Below, piece by piece: positions 34,795 through 44,850 of a stretch of DNA of 64,000 bases. Below the pieces are notes generated by a model. It saw only the letters and a program-made list of their open reading frames with translations. It did not search any database and was not told where the DNA came from. Every line of letters starts with the position of its first letter. The stretch's first letter is position 1. The stretch is from a virus. Taxonomy: Duplodnaviria > Caudoviricetes. The stretch lies in the IMG/VR virus record IMGVR_UViG_2863404153_000002, positions 5,165 to 69,164 of that record; one strand, 5' to 3'. The position numbers were made by a program, and so were the translations under genes.

Positions 34795-35379
34795 ATGAAG
34801 ACGAGGCGATGCGAGCGCGAGGGGTGCGGCACGCACTTGGGGGCGCGGCATGCGCACAACGCCCGCTTCTGCTCAGGCCGCTGCCGGGTGGCCGCGCACC
34901 GTGCGAGCAAGCGGATTCCCGCTGAGTTGACGAGCCGGCCGCGGTGGGTTCGTCGTACCGCGTCGAAGGTTCCGGTGACGGTTGCCGGTGAGGCGGCGTC
35001 GAGTACGGATCCGGCGACCTGGTCCGAGCACAGGGCGGCTGCGGCGAGTAAGGCGGGTGCCGGCCTCGGCTTCGTGTTGAACGGTGACGGCGTCGTGTGC
35101 ATCGATCTGGACCACTGCCTGATCGACGGCGAGCTGGCCGGGTGGGCGCGGCGGATTGTGGACTTGGCGCCGGGCTGCTGGATTGAGCGGTCGGTGTCGG
35201 GAGATGGCCTCCATGTGTGGGGGCGTGGCCGGTTGGATCGCGGCCGTCGGCTGTCTGTGGATGGCGGTTCGGTGGAGTTGTACGCGGATGGCCGGTACAT
35301 CGCGGTCACTGGGGAGACGTGGGGCGACACGCCTCGTCGTCTTGGTGATCTGAGTGGGTTGATCGACGCCTTGCTGTAG
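34795..35379 (+). CDS. Zn-ribbon + stand-alone primase-polymerase (AEP) N-terminal domain protein
   Basis: CxxxxC..CSGRCR; STDPATW, GLGFVL, CIDLDHC, ERSVSGDGLHVW, ELY..RYIAVTG. Confidence 0.75.
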   Translation: MKTRRCEREGCGTHLGARHAHNARFCSGRCRVAAHRASKRIPAELTSRPRWVRRTASKVPVTVAGEAASSTDPATWSEHRAAAASKAGAGLGFVLNGDGVVCIDLDHCLIDGELAGWARRIVDLAPGCWIERSVSGDGLHVWGRGRLDRGRRLSVDGGSVELYADGRYIAVTGETWGDTPRRLGDLSGLIDALL

Positions 35380-35420
35380 CGCCCGACACGGGTAGCTGCG
35401 GCGTACCCGACACGGGAGGT

Positions 35421-35918
35421 ATGGGCATGGCTGGTGTAGGTCCCCCGCCGAAGGATCCGAAAAGGCGGGCGCGCGCGAACAAGGACCCGGTGGCGCAGAC
35501 GATTCTCCGGTTCGAGAAGGCCGAGGCTCCAGAGCTTCCGGACTTCCGGATCAACTCTGGCGAGGACGGGATCGTCGAGTTCGTGTGGCCGGAGCGGACG
35601 CGGGAGTGGTGGGCCACGTGGGTCGCCTCCCCGCAGGCAGAGCACTTCAGCAGCACGGACTGGGAGTTCCTTCTCGACACGGCGCTGATCCACGCGAAGG
35701 TGTGGGCGGGTGATCTGTCGGCGGCGCCGGAACTGCGGCTGCGGGTGGCGAAGTTCGGGGCGACGATGGAGGACCGGGCTCGTCTGCGTATGCAGTTCGC
35801 TGCGGCGGACGAGGCGGACGCAAAGCGGCCGGAGGCCGGCGCGAACGCGAGGGCCCGGTATGGAACACTGCACGCGCTGCCGTCCGCCAAGGACAAGAAG
35901 GCTTCTGGGGATTCCTGA
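35421..35918 (+). CDS. terS: Terminase small subunit
   Basis: GPPPK start, ELRLRVAKFGATMEDRARLR; directly before terL. Confidence 0.85.
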   Translation: MGMAGVGPPPKDPKRRARANKDPVAQTILRFEKAEAPELPDFRINSGEDGIVEFVWPERTREWWATWVASPQAEHFSSTDWEFLLDTALIHAKVWAGDLSAAPELRLRVAKFGATMEDRARLRMQFAAADEADAKRPEAGANARARYGTLHALPSAKDKKASGDS

Positions 35919-37579
35919 TGCCGTGGCGCGGCCCTCAGTTCGAGGGTGAGCTGCCGACGCTGGGCTACGTGGTTCTGGACTGGATACTGGAGATGCTTGC
36001 TGCTCCGGACCGGCCGGAGTACGAGCCGTTCGTGCCGACCCGCGAGCAGGCCGAGTTCATCCTCCGGTTCTACGAGCTGCACCCGGCGACGGGCAAGCGG
36101 CGTATCCGCCGCGGCGTCCTGTCGCGGCCTCGCGGCTGGGGCAAGTCGCCCCTGCTGGCGGCCATCGCGTGTGCTGAGGCGCTCGGCCCGGTCGTCCCGA
36201 ATGGCTGGGATGCGAACGGCGAGCCGGTCGGTATGGGCTGGGAGCGGATCCGTACTCCGCTGGTGCAGGTGGCGGCGGTGTCGGAGGATCAGACGCAGAA
36301 CACGTGGGCGCCTCTGCTGGAGATGCTCCGGCTCGGCCCGGTGATCGATGAGTATCCAGGGCTGGAGCCGCTGGATACGTTCGTGAACCTGCCGCGCGGA
36401 AAGATCGATCAGGTCACCAGCTCGGCCACGTCCCGTAAGGGCAACAAGGCGCTGTTTGCGGTGCTGGACCAGACCGAGGAGTGGACGCCGAGCAATGGGG
36501 GTAAGCGGCTCGCGCAGGTAATGCGGTCGAACGCGGCGAAGATCGGCGGGACGACGCTGGAGTCTCCGAACGCCTACATCCCCGGCATGGGGTCGGTGGC
36601 CGAGGAGACCGCGGCGTTCGCCAAGGCAATAGCCGAGGGCCGTACCCGTGAGGACGGTCTGCTGTGGGATCACCGCGAGGCTCCTCCGGAGACGGACCCG
36701 ACGGAACGCGAGTCTCTGGTGGCCGGCCTTCGGTACGCCTACGGCGACAGCTCGGACCATGAGGCCGGGTGTGTGCTGCATTCGCCGCCGTGCCCGCCAG
36801 GCTGGTCTCCGATCGACCGGCTGGTGGGCGACTTCTGGGATACGTCGAATGATCCGCAGGTGATGCGGTCGGACTTCCTGAACCAGATCACTCACGCGAG
36901 CGACTCGTGGTTGTCGCAGCCGGAGTGGGCTGGGTGCTCGGATGCGGCCCGGTTGGTCGCGGACGGGGACACGATCGTTCTCGGGTTCGATGGTTCCCGG
37001 GCGCGGGCCCGCGGTGTCACGGATGCGACAGCGCTGGTGGGTTGCCGGGTCTCGGACGGGCATTTGTTCCTGCTGGGCTGCTGGGAGCAGCCGGAGGGGC
37101 CGGCGGGTCAGGACTGGCGGGTGCCGGTGCTGGAGGTTCTGGCCGCGGTGGAGGAGGCGTTCTCTCGTTTCCGTGTGGTCGGCATGTATGCGGACCCGGC
37201 GAAGTGGGAGGGGCATGTCGCGGACTGGGAGGCCCGTTGGGGTTCGGGTCTGCAGGTGAAGGCGACGCGTGACCATCCGATTGAGTGGTGGATGACGGGC
37301 GGCCGGTCGAACTTGATCGTGCGTGCGTTGGAGAAGTTTCACTCTGCGGTCCTGGATCGGGAGTTGTCGCATGACGGGTCGAGCACCCTAGCCAGGCATG
37401 TGCTGAACGCCCGTCGGCGTAAGGGTCGGTCCGGGATCCAGATCATGAAGGAGCATCCGGACTCGGCACGCAAGATCGACGCTGCGATTGCGGGTGTGCT
37501 GGCGTGGCAGGCCCGGCTTGATGCGGTGGCCAAAGGGCTGGCCGAGCAGGAAGAGCCGATGGGCGGCTTCACGTTCTGA
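35918..37579 (+). CDS. terL: Terminase large subunit
   Basis: Walker A RPRGWGKS, LGFDGS, DATALV, KIDAAIA nuclease motifs. Confidence 0.93.
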   Translation: MPWRGPQFEGELPTLGYVVLDWILEMLAAPDRPEYEPFVPTREQAEFILRFYELHPATGKRRIRRGVLSRPRGWGKSPLLAAIACAEALGPVVPNGWDANGEPVGMGWERIRTPLVQVAAVSEDQTQNTWAPLLEMLRLGPVIDEYPGLEPLDTFVNLPRGKIDQVTSSATSRKGNKALFAVLDQTEEWTPSNGGKRLAQVMRSNAAKIGGTTLESPNAYIPGMGSVAEETAAFAKAIAEGRTREDGLLWDHREAPPETDPTERESLVAGLRYAYGDSSDHEAGCVLHSPPCPPGWSPIDRLVGDFWDTSNDPQVMRSDFLNQITHASDSWLSQPEWAGCSDAARLVADGDTIVLGFDGSRARARGVTDATALVGCRVSDGHLFLLGCWEQPEGPAGQDWRVPVLEVLAAVEEAFSRFRVVGMYADPAKWEGHVADWEARWGSGLQVKATRDHPIEWWMTGGRSNLIVRALEKFHSAVLDRELSHDGSSTLARHVLNARRRKGRSGIQIMKEHPDSARKIDAAIAGVLAWQARLDAVAKGLAEQEEPMGGFTF

Positions 37580-37600
37580 GCAGAAGCTGGGGGTGGGGCC

Positions 37601-39025
37601 GTGCTGGATGACACCCCGGGCACGCCGGACTGGTGGCTGCTGAGGCTGGGCCGCCGCTTGCGGGACCGCGGTAAGGATCTGGACCGCTGGTGGGACTACT
37701 ACAGCGGGAAGCATCCGCTGCCGTCGCTGCCGAAGAACGCGGCTGCCGCGTTTCTGGAGTTCCAGAGGAAGTCGCGGACGAATTTTTGCCGCCCGGTGGC
37801 GGACGCTCCGGTGCACCGCTTGCAGGTGCTGGGTGTGACGGATGCTGATGGCCGGGCGGACGATGACGCGCTGCGCTGGTGGCAGGCGAACAAGTTGGAC
37901 TCGCGGCAGAAGCTGCTGTATCGGACGGTGATGGCGCAGGCTCAGGCCTACGTCATCGTCGGCCCGCACCCCACCCGGGTTGAGCCGGACAAGGAGACTC
38001 CGTCGCCGCTGGTGACGGCGGAGCATCCACGGCAGGTGATCGTGGAATGCGATCCGGCGACGGGCGAGCGTGCCGCCGCGGTGAAGGCGTGGTGGGACGA
38101 CGTCTACCGGGTAGGCCGGGCGACGGTGTATCTCCCGAGCGGTCTGCAGCGGTATGTGACGCCTCAGCGTCGCGGTCCTGGCCAGTTGCCGTGGGGGCAG
38201 GAGTCGTGGGATCCGGACGGCGACTTCCAGGAGCATGATCTGGGAGCGGTGCCGGTGGTGCCGTTCGAATGTCGGCCGGACCTGATGGAGAGCCCGGTTC
38301 CGGAGTTCGATGGCGTGCTGGACATTCAGGACCGCATCAACATGGGCGTCCTGAACCGGATGACCGCCGCCCGGTACTCGGCGTTTCGGCAGGGCTTCGT
38401 GACAGGGCATAAGTTCCGGAAACGGTCCGATCCAGCTACCGGGCTGGAAGTGGTCGAGCAGCCGTTTGTTCCGTCTCCCTCAGCGCTGTGGGCGTCAGAG
38501 GGCGAGAACGTCAAGTTCGGGCAGCTGGATGCGACCGACCTGTCTGGGTTCTTGAAGGAGCACGAGTCGGATGTGCGCGACATGCTTGTCCTGTCGCACA
38601 CGCCGGCCTATTACTTCGCCTCCGACCTGGTGAACATCTCCGCCGACACGGTCAACGCCCTGGACGTCAACCACCTGGCGAAGGTGGGAGAGCACCAGGC
38701 CACGTTCGGGGAGTCGTGGGAGGACGTCCTTGCGCTGTGCGCCCGGCAGGCCGGGGTGGAGCGGGACTACTCGCAGTCGGAGGTGCGGTGGGCGGATCCG
38801 CGGCGCCTGAACCCGAGTGTGATCGCGGACGCGGCGACGAAGAAGCATGCGGTCGGCTATCCGTTGGCGATCCTCGCCGAGGAAATGGGCGAGTCGCCGC
38901 AGCGGGTGCGCCGCATCACGTCCGAGGCTGCTGGCGCGGCGCTTCTGGCGAGTACAGTGCTGCCCGCCCCCACCCCCGCTCAGGCGTCGGCTCAGCCAGC
39001 AGCGCCTGACAGGACAGGGCTGTGA
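37601..39025 (+). CDS. Portal protein (SPP1 gp6-like)
   Basis: After terL; YYSGKH..TNFC..V..RL, IQDRIN motifs. Confidence 0.9.
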   Translation: MLDDTPGTPDWWLLRLGRRLRDRGKDLDRWWDYYSGKHPLPSLPKNAAAAFLEFQRKSRTNFCRPVADAPVHRLQVLGVTDADGRADDDALRWWQANKLDSRQKLLYRTVMAQAQAYVIVGPHPTRVEPDKETPSPLVTAEHPRQVIVECDPATGERAAAVKAWWDDVYRVGRATVYLPSGLQRYVTPQRRGPGQLPWGQESWDPDGDFQEHDLGAVPVVPFECRPDLMESPVPEFDGVLDIQDRINMGVLNRMTAARYSAFRQGFVTGHKFRKRSDPATGLEVVEQPFVPSPSALWASEGENVKFGQLDATDLSGFLKEHESDVRDMLVLSHTPAYYFASDLVNISADTVNALDVNHLAKVGEHQATFGESWEDVLALCARQAGVERDYSQSEVRWADPRRLNPSVIADAATKKHAVGYPLAILAEEMGESPQRVRRITSEAAGAALLASTVLPAPTPAQASAQPAAPDRTGL

Positions 39026-39828
39026 GCGAGGCTACGCAGGCAGCCCTCGATGCCCGGTACACGTCCGTGACGGTGGCACTGCGGCAGCGCCTGATCGCTC
39101 TGGTGCTGCAGGCTTTCGGCTCCACCGGCAGTTACCGGGACGAGGACGCGGATGCGTTCGTCGAGCAGATGCTGCCCGTTGTGCTGGGTGCGCAGCAGCA
39201 GATGGGCGCACTGACGGACGCGTACCTGTCGGCAATGGTCGGGGACATGTTCGGCGGCGGGGCGGCGGCGTCCGGGGTGCAGATCCCGGAGGCGATCCGC
39301 GGGGTTTCTCCGGCCGAGGTGTATCGGCGGCCGTTCGTGACGATCTGGACGGCGTTGTCGGAAGGCAAGCCGCTGGCGGAAGCTATCCGGCAGGGCCAGA
39401 CTCGGCTGACGTCGATCACGGGCACGGACCTGCAGCTGGTGAGGACAGAGGCGACACGCCAAGTCCTCAGCGCGGACAGCCGGGTGCAGTTCTATCGGCG
39501 GGTGCTGCGCGGCTCCTACAACTGCGCGATGTGCGTGATCGCCAGTACGCAGCGGTACCGCAAGGAGCGGCTGATGCCGATCCATCCCGGCTGCGACTGC
39601 GGCACCCGGCCGCTGCCCGCTGGCGAGGACCCGGGCCAGGTCATCGAACCGGACTTGCTGGAAGCCGCGCACGATGCGGTCGCCAAAGGGACGGGCGAGT
39701 CGGACCGCGGCGGCCGGCTGCCGGACTATCGGGACATCATCATCGACCGCCAGCACGGCGAACTTGGCCCCCTCATGGCCTTGAAACGACAGGACTTCAC
39801 CGGCCCGTCGGATCTTCCCGGCCGGTGA
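39022..39828 (+). CDS. MuF-like minor head / capsid maturation protein
   Basis: CAMC..YR..LMPIHPGCDC motif; position after portal. Confidence 0.75.
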   Translation: MSEATQAALDARYTSVTVALRQRLIALVLQAFGSTGSYRDEDADAFVEQMLPVVLGAQQQMGALTDAYLSAMVGDMFGGGAAASGVQIPEAIRGVSPAEVYRRPFVTIWTALSEGKPLAEAIRQGQTRLTSITGTDLQLVRTEATRQVLSADSRVQFYRRVLRGSYNCAMCVIASTQRYRKERLMPIHPGCDCGTRPLPAGEDPGQVIEPDLLEAAHDAVAKGTGESDRGGRLPDYRDIIIDRQHGELGPLMALKRQDFTGPSDLPGR

Positions 39829-39888
39829 CTGGCGCCGCCGACACGGCAGCGCCTCTCAACACATCAGCCCGACACGGGAGCACTACGC

Positions 39889-40611
39889 ATGCGCGCACGC
39901 ACTCTGGCACGCCACCGGACAGTCCACGCGGCCTCCGGATGGTCTCACCCTTACGAGGCGGGGATCTTCTCGCCTGTCTGGTATGCGGACGGCGGAGACG
40001 CCGGCAGCAGTCAGGACGGCGACACCGGCACCGAGGACAAGCCCGACACGGGCGGCACGTCCACAGACTCCGGATCGTCCGACGACGGCGACGGCACGGA
40101 CTGGAAGGCCGAGGCGGAGAAGTACCGGGCTCTTCAGAAGAAGTGGGAGGCCCGCGCGAAGGACAATGCCACGGCCGCCAAGGAGCGGGATGAACTGCGG
40201 AAGCAGTCCATGACCGACCAGGAGAAGGCGGTTGAGGAGGCGTCCGCGAAGGCGCGCGCCGAGGAGCGCGTCCGTCTCTCCGGAAGGCTCGCCCGGCAGG
40301 GGTTTCTTGCCGCGGCGGCCGGCCGAATTCCGCACGCCGCGTCGGTTGCCGACGACCTGAACCTCGCCCGGTTCGTGGGCGAGGACGGCGAGATTGACGA
40401 AGACGGCCTGGCCGAACTCGTCGACCGCCTGGCGCCGAAGTCCGCCAAGTCCGACAAGGACAGCGAAGAGGGCGCCGAGAAGAAGGCGAAGCAGAACGGC
40501 GGCAGGGGCTTCGACCAAGGTCCGCGCGGCAGCGGCTCCCACAAGGAGTCTTCGCTGGCCGCCGGGCGGGAGCTGTACGCGCAGCGCAAGACCACCACCA
40601 GCATCACCTAA
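39889..40611 (+). CDS. Scaffolding protein
   Basis: Acidic linker, DWKAEAEKY..KKWEARAK coiled coil. Confidence 0.82.
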   Translation: MRARTLARHRTVHAASGWSHPYEAGIFSPVWYADGGDAGSSQDGDTGTEDKPDTGGTSTDSGSSDDGDGTDWKAEAEKYRALQKKWEARAKDNATAAKERDELRKQSMTDQEKAVEEASAKARAEERVRLSGRLARQGFLAAAAGRIPHAASVADDLNLARFVGEDGEIDEDGLAELVDRLAPKSAKSDKDSEEGAEKKAKQNGGRGFDQGPRGSGSHKESSLAAGRELYAQRKTTTSIT

Positions 40612-40631
40612 CTCCCAGACGGGACTGGAGC

Positions 40632-41021
40632 ATGAATCTCACACAGACCACCGAGTCGTTCGGGCAGGACGACCAGTCGTGGCTGGCGTCCGCGCACGGC
40701 ACGGACACGGCACGCAGCATCACCCTCGACACGTCCGCCTTCACCTCCGGCACGCACTACCCCAACGGCTACTTCCCCTCCGGTCTGGCCCTCGGGAAGA
40801 TCACCGCGTCGGGCAAGTACGGCCCCTACAGCAACGCCGCCTCGGACGGCACCGAGGTGCTCGCCGGGTTCCTGATGACGGCGATCGACGCGCCCAGCGT
40901 CAACACCGTCGACCCGCAGGGTGCCCTGCTGTGGCACGGCGCGGTCGTCGAAGCCAAGCTTCCCATCGCTGTCGACTCCGCCGGCAAGACGGACGTCGCC
41001 GGCCGTATCTCGTTCTTCTAG
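40632..41021 (+). CDS. Head decoration protein
   Basis: Between scaffold and capsid; PSGLALGKIT..GKYGPY..SDGTEV. Confidence 0.8.
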   Translation: MNLTQTTESFGQDDQSWLASAHGTDTARSITLDTSAFTSGTHYPNGYFPSGLALGKITASGKYGPYSNAASDGTEVLAGFLMTAIDAPSVNTVDPQGALLWHGAVVEAKLPIAVDSAGKTDVAGRISFF

Positions 41022-41037
41022 GAAGGGGTGACCCACG

Positions 41038-42084
41038 ATGCTGATCAACACCGACTACGTCACCCCGGCTGAGCTGTCCGGCTACGTGCGTGCGGCGCTT
41101 GGGGACATGCAGCAGAACCGGTTCCGGCTGGCCGCGTGGCTGCCGAACCGCACGATCGACGACCTGCAGTACCGGTTCGTGCGCGGTGGTGCGGAGGGGC
41201 TGGCCGAGGCCGCGTCGTTCCGGGCCTACGACACGGAGTCGCCGATCGGTTCCCGTCCCGGGATCGCCCGAGTCACCGGCGAACTCCCGCCGGTGTCGCG
41301 GAAGATCCGGATGGGGGAGTACGACCGACTGCGGCAGCGGAAGCTGACCGGCAGGGTGCGCACCCAGATCCTCACGGACGCGGAGCGGATGACCCGCTCG
41401 GTCGCGGCCCGGATCGAGCTCGCCCGGGGTGAGGCCCTCTACAAGGGCAAGATCGAACTGTCGGAAAACGGTGTCGTCGCCACGGTCGACTTCGGCCGGG
41501 CTGCCGGGCACACCGTGAACGCGGGAACCGCGTGGACGGACACGGCGAACGCCACCCCGCTCACCGACCTGATCGCCTGGAAGCAGGTCTACCAGGCCAC
41601 CAACGGCGTCGCGCCGGGCGCGATCCTGCTGTCGTCGGCGGTGACGGGTCTGCTGCTGCGCAACGAGGAGATCCGGCAGCTGCTGTCGAACGCGAACGGC
41701 GTGCCGAACCTGGTGTCGAACGCGAACCTGCAGGCCATCTTCCAGGCGCACGGCCTGCCGCCGTTCGAGGAGTACGACGCGCAGGTCAAGGTCAACGGGT
41801 CCAGCCAGTACATCATCCCGCGGGACAAGGTGCTGCTGCTTCCGGCCGCCGGGGACGCGAACGACTCGGAGTCCTCGGAGATGGGCGCCACCCTGTGGGG
41901 GACGACCGCGGAGTCGCTGGAGCCGGAGTTCGGTCTGGAGGAGGGGGAGGAGCCTGGCATCGTGGCGGGCTCCTACTCGACGAAGGACCCGGTGGCCCTG
42001 TGGACGAAGGCCGCCGCGGTGTCGCTGCCGATCCTCGCGAACCCGGACCTGTCGTTCGCGGCCGACATCGGGACGATCTCGTGA
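41038..42084 (+). CDS. Major capsid protein (lambda gpE-like)
   Basis: 347 aa, LPPVSRK..GEYDRL, RIELARGEAL, DPVALWTKA. Confidence 0.88.
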   Translation: MLINTDYVTPAELSGYVRAALGDMQQNRFRLAAWLPNRTIDDLQYRFVRGGAEGLAEAASFRAYDTESPIGSRPGIARVTGELPPVSRKIRMGEYDRLRQRKLTGRVRTQILTDAERMTRSVAARIELARGEALYKGKIELSENGVVATVDFGRAAGHTVNAGTAWTDTANATPLTDLIAWKQVYQATNGVAPGAILLSSAVTGLLLRNEEIRQLLSNANGVPNLVSNANLQAIFQAHGLPPFEEYDAQVKVNGSSQYIIPRDKVLLLPAAGDANDSESSEMGATLWGTTAESLEPEFGLEEGEEPGIVAGSYSTKDPVALWTKAAAVSLPILANPDLSFAADIGTIS

Positions 42085-42410
42085 CAGCCCGCGCCGCGGT
42101 GCACGTTCACGTCGTCAGCAAGGACGGCACCAAGCGGCAGTGGCTGGCGCCGGGCGACGAGGTGCCCACTTGGGCTCGCCTCGACGACCGGAACCTCCAA
42201 GGCGGCAGCGCGGCCCGATCCGCGCCAGCACCCGCCCGGCAGGTGGGCGGCGGCGAGGCCCCGGAGCCGTCCCGCTCCGGCAGGGGTTCCAGCCTGGAGG
42301 CGTGGCGGTCCTTCGCCGAGAGCAACGGTGTCGGCACCGACTCGGACATGTCCCGCGACGACATCATCGCCGCGTGCGAGCAGGCCGGCGTCGTCTCGAC
42401 GGAGGGGTGA
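42081..42410 (+). CDS. Head-associated protein with C-terminal small helical motif
   Basis: GTGA coupling; EAWRSFA..MSRDDIIAA. Confidence 0.7.
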   Translation: MTARAAVHVHVVSKDGTKRQWLAPGDEVPTWARLDDRNLQGGSAARSAPAPARQVGGGEAPEPSRSGRGSSLEAWRSFAESNGVGTDSDMSRDDIIAACEQAGVVSTEG

Positions 42411-42413
42411 CCG

Positions 42414-42821
42414 GTGGCGGCCTATGCGACGGTCGCCGACTACGAGGCCCGTGCCGCCGTCACCCTGACCGAGCCCCAGCTCAGCCAGGTTCAGGCGCTG
42501 CTGGAAGACATCGCCGCACTGATCCGCACCAGCATCCCGGCCGGGACGGTCCCGGACGTAGATGTCGCGCGGGCGGTCAGTGTGGCGGTGGCCCGCCGCA
42601 CGATGGCCAACCCGGGCGGCTACCGGCAGCGAACGGTCGGCCAGTACTCGGAGACGCTCGGCGAGACGGGCGGCATGTATCTCACGGACGCCGAGCTGGA
42701 AGCACTCACGGCCAACGACTCCAGCAGCAGTGGAGATGCCGCCTACTCGGTAGGCCTGCGCGACAGCTTCCCTCCGTGGTTCCCGGATCCAGGCGGCTGC
42801 ATGATGCCGCCGCACTGGTGA
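42414..42821 (+). CDS. Head-tail adaptor
   Basis: AYATVADYEAR, RRTMANPGG, VGQYS, YLTDAE. Confidence 0.85.
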   Translation: MAAYATVADYEARAAVTLTEPQLSQVQALLEDIAALIRTSIPAGTVPDVDVARAVSVAVARRTMANPGGYRQRTVGQYSETLGETGGMYLTDAELEALTANDSSSSGDAAYSVGLRDSFPPWFPDPGGCMMPPHW

Positions 42822-42831
42822 AGGGAAGCGC

Positions 42832-43179
42832 ATGGTCTTCCATCAGACGATCGTCCGTGTTCGGGCCGGAACCAGGATCGACCGGGGCGGCAACACTGTG
42901 CCGGACTGGGCTGCCGACAAGGTGTCTAGACTTCCGGTCAGCCAGGTCAGCGTGCAGCCTGCCACGCAGACCGAGGACAACGACGCCACCCGCGCTCAGG
43001 TCGTCACCGGCTGGCAGGTGATCTCCGCGCCCGGCGTGGACGCCGACATCCAGGCCAAGGACCGCATCGAGTGGGACGGCATGACGCTGGAAGTGATCGG
43101 CGAGGTCGGCCGCTACCTGGACTTCGGCGACGGATCAACCCATCACATCGAGTTCGTGATGCGTCGCGCGACCGGATAG
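42832..43179 (+). CDS. Head-tail stopper
   Basis: Position; DIQAKDRIEWDG..EVIGE. Confidence 0.8.
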   Translation: MVFHQTIVRVRAGTRIDRGGNTVPDWAADKVSRLPVSQVSVQPATQTEDNDATRAQVVTGWQVISAPGVDADIQAKDRIEWDGMTLEVIGEVGRYLDFGDGSTHHIEFVMRRATG

Positions 43180-43192
43180 GAGGAGGCCGAGC

Positions 43193-43477
43193 ATGGCTGA
43201 CATCGAACTCCGGCTCAACCGGGCGGGCATCCGGGAGACCCTGAAGAGCGCCCCGGTACGGGAGATGGTCGACACCAAGGCCGCAGAGGTTGCGGCTGCG
43301 GTACGCGCGCAGCTTCCCGGAGGCACTCAGGTGCGGGTGGACTCCTACACCACGGACCGCGCAGCGGCGGCGGTGGTGATCGCGGATGTGCGGGGCATGG
43401 CCTGGCAGGCGCGCGACGGAGTCCTGACGCGCGCGGCCGGTTCCGCCGGCCTTGAAGTGAAGGCGTGGCAGCGGTGA
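43193..43477 (+). CDS. Tail completion protein (HK97 gp10-like position)
   Basis: LNRAGIRETLKS..DRAAA; synteny. Confidence 0.7.
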   Translation: MADIELRLNRAGIRETLKSAPVREMVDTKAAEVAAAVRAQLPGGTQVRVDSYTTDRAAAAVVIADVRGMAWQARDGVLTRAAGSAGLEVKAWQR

Positions 43478-43902
43478 AGCCGCTGGTGGTGTTCGGGGAT
43501 TCACAGGCCGCGGGTGCGGAGGTGCTGCGAACGGCTCTGTCTGGGCGGGCAGAGCCGTTCGCAGCCGATGTCACGGTCGGCACGCTCGTGCCGTCAGTGC
43601 GCTCCCCGGAGGATCCCCTGCTTCCGTTCGTCCTGGTCCGTAAGGACACTGACGCCCCCCACCCGTCGATGGCGAACGCCCGGGCCACACTGCGCTGCAC
43701 CGTGTGGCACACGGATGCTGATCAGGCGCATGACCTGGCGATGCTCTGCCAGGGCCTGCTGCTGGTGCACTCCGGGCCAGTGATCCGTGGCTGCCGTCCG
43801 GGCACGGGCCCGCTCCCAGCGACTGACCCGGACAGCGGCGTCGATCTGTCGACATTCACTGTGCTCGCCAACGTCAAGCCGACTGTCCTAGCTGCTCAGT
43901 AG
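43474..43902 (+). CDS. Tail terminator
   Basis: Synteny; GTGA coupling. Confidence 0.72.
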   Translation: MKPLVVFGDSQAAGAEVLRTALSGRAEPFAADVTVGTLVPSVRSPEDPLLPFVLVRKDTDAPHPSMANARATLRCTVWHTDADQAHDLAMLCQGLLLVHSGPVIRGCRPGTGPLPATDPDSGVDLSTFTVLANVKPTVLAAQ

Positions 43903-43916
43903 AGTTGGGGGAGGAA

Positions 43917-43948
43917 GCCCCGGCGAGTGCTGTGAACACTCCCGGGGC
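43917..43948 (+). promoter_or_regulatory. Hairpin upstream of free-standing HNH gene
   Basis: GCCCCGG-CGAGTG..CACTC-CCGGGGC nested IR. Confidence 0.5.
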
Positions 43949-43975
43949 GTGGCCAACCTGAGAGAGCAGGCTGAC

Positions 43976-44776
43976 ATGAGGGATGCTACCTGCACAGTCG
44001 ATGGGTGCAGGAGACCGCTCAAGGTGATCTCGCGAGGCATGTACTCGATGCACCACAGTCGTTTCCTGCGGACTGGAACTGTGGGTGAGGGTGCTGCTCG
44101 GCGCACCAAGAACGCTGGCGTGGCATGCCAAGTCGAGCGGTGTTCGACGACAGCGCAGAGGCGCGGCCTGTGCCGTAAGCACTACCGGGTCGCGCTGTTG
44201 AATGAACGCGACAGATGCGCTGTTGCCGAGTGTGACAAGCCGTGGGAGATCGCTGGCCTGTGTGGCATGCACCACTGGCGATCGCTCAACGGTGGACTGG
44301 GAGAGGCGGGCTATCGGAGACAGCGCTACGGATCACAGCGATGCACGGTTCCGTCCTGTGACCGCCGCGCCGAGTCACGATGGATGTGCAAGACCCACTA
44401 CGGCTTCTTGAGTGCCACTGGGCGACAGCCATCAGTGTTCGCGGACTGTCTGACGTGTGGCGTCCAGATTGATCTCCGTGATTCCGGGCAGCCTGGGGTC
44501 CTTCTCGCGAACCGACGACGGATGTGTCGCGATTGTCTCCTCCTTCGACCACGCGGTCGGTGGTGCATGACGAGCAGGCAGCTGGCCGAGCGCGACGGCA
44601 CCAGCTGTTCTCTGTGCCATGAGGATGTTGATATGGATCTGGCCTGGCCAGACCCGATGTCGCCGAGCGTGGATCACATCGTTCCTCGCTCAAGAGGTGG
44701 GCTGGACGTTCCGCTGAACGTGGCGCTCGCCCACCTTCGTTGCAACGTCTCGAAGGGCATCCGCGTCGACGCTTGA
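43976..44776 (+). CDS. Free-standing HNH endonuclease with four Cys/His repeats
   Basis: CX4C..CXXH repeats; SVDHIVPRSRGG..N..AHLRCN; atypical codon usage. Confidence 0.85.
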   Translation: MRDATCTVDGCRRPLKVISRGMYSMHHSRFLRTGTVGEGAARRTKNAGVACQVERCSTTAQRRGLCRKHYRVALLNERDRCAVAECDKPWEIAGLCGMHHWRSLNGGLGEAGYRRQRYGSQRCTVPSCDRRAESRWMCKTHYGFLSATGRQPSVFADCLTCGVQIDLRDSGQPGVLLANRRRMCRDCLLLRPRGRWCMTSRQLAERDGTSCSLCHEDVDMDLAWPDPMSPSVDHIVPRSRGGLDVPLNVALAHLRCNVSKGIRVDA

Positions 44777-44850
44777 TGCCACCCAACCCATCCCCCGAAG
44801 CCCCTGCCTGACGGCGGGGGCTTCGGCATTCCCGAAGGAGAGTCTCCACC

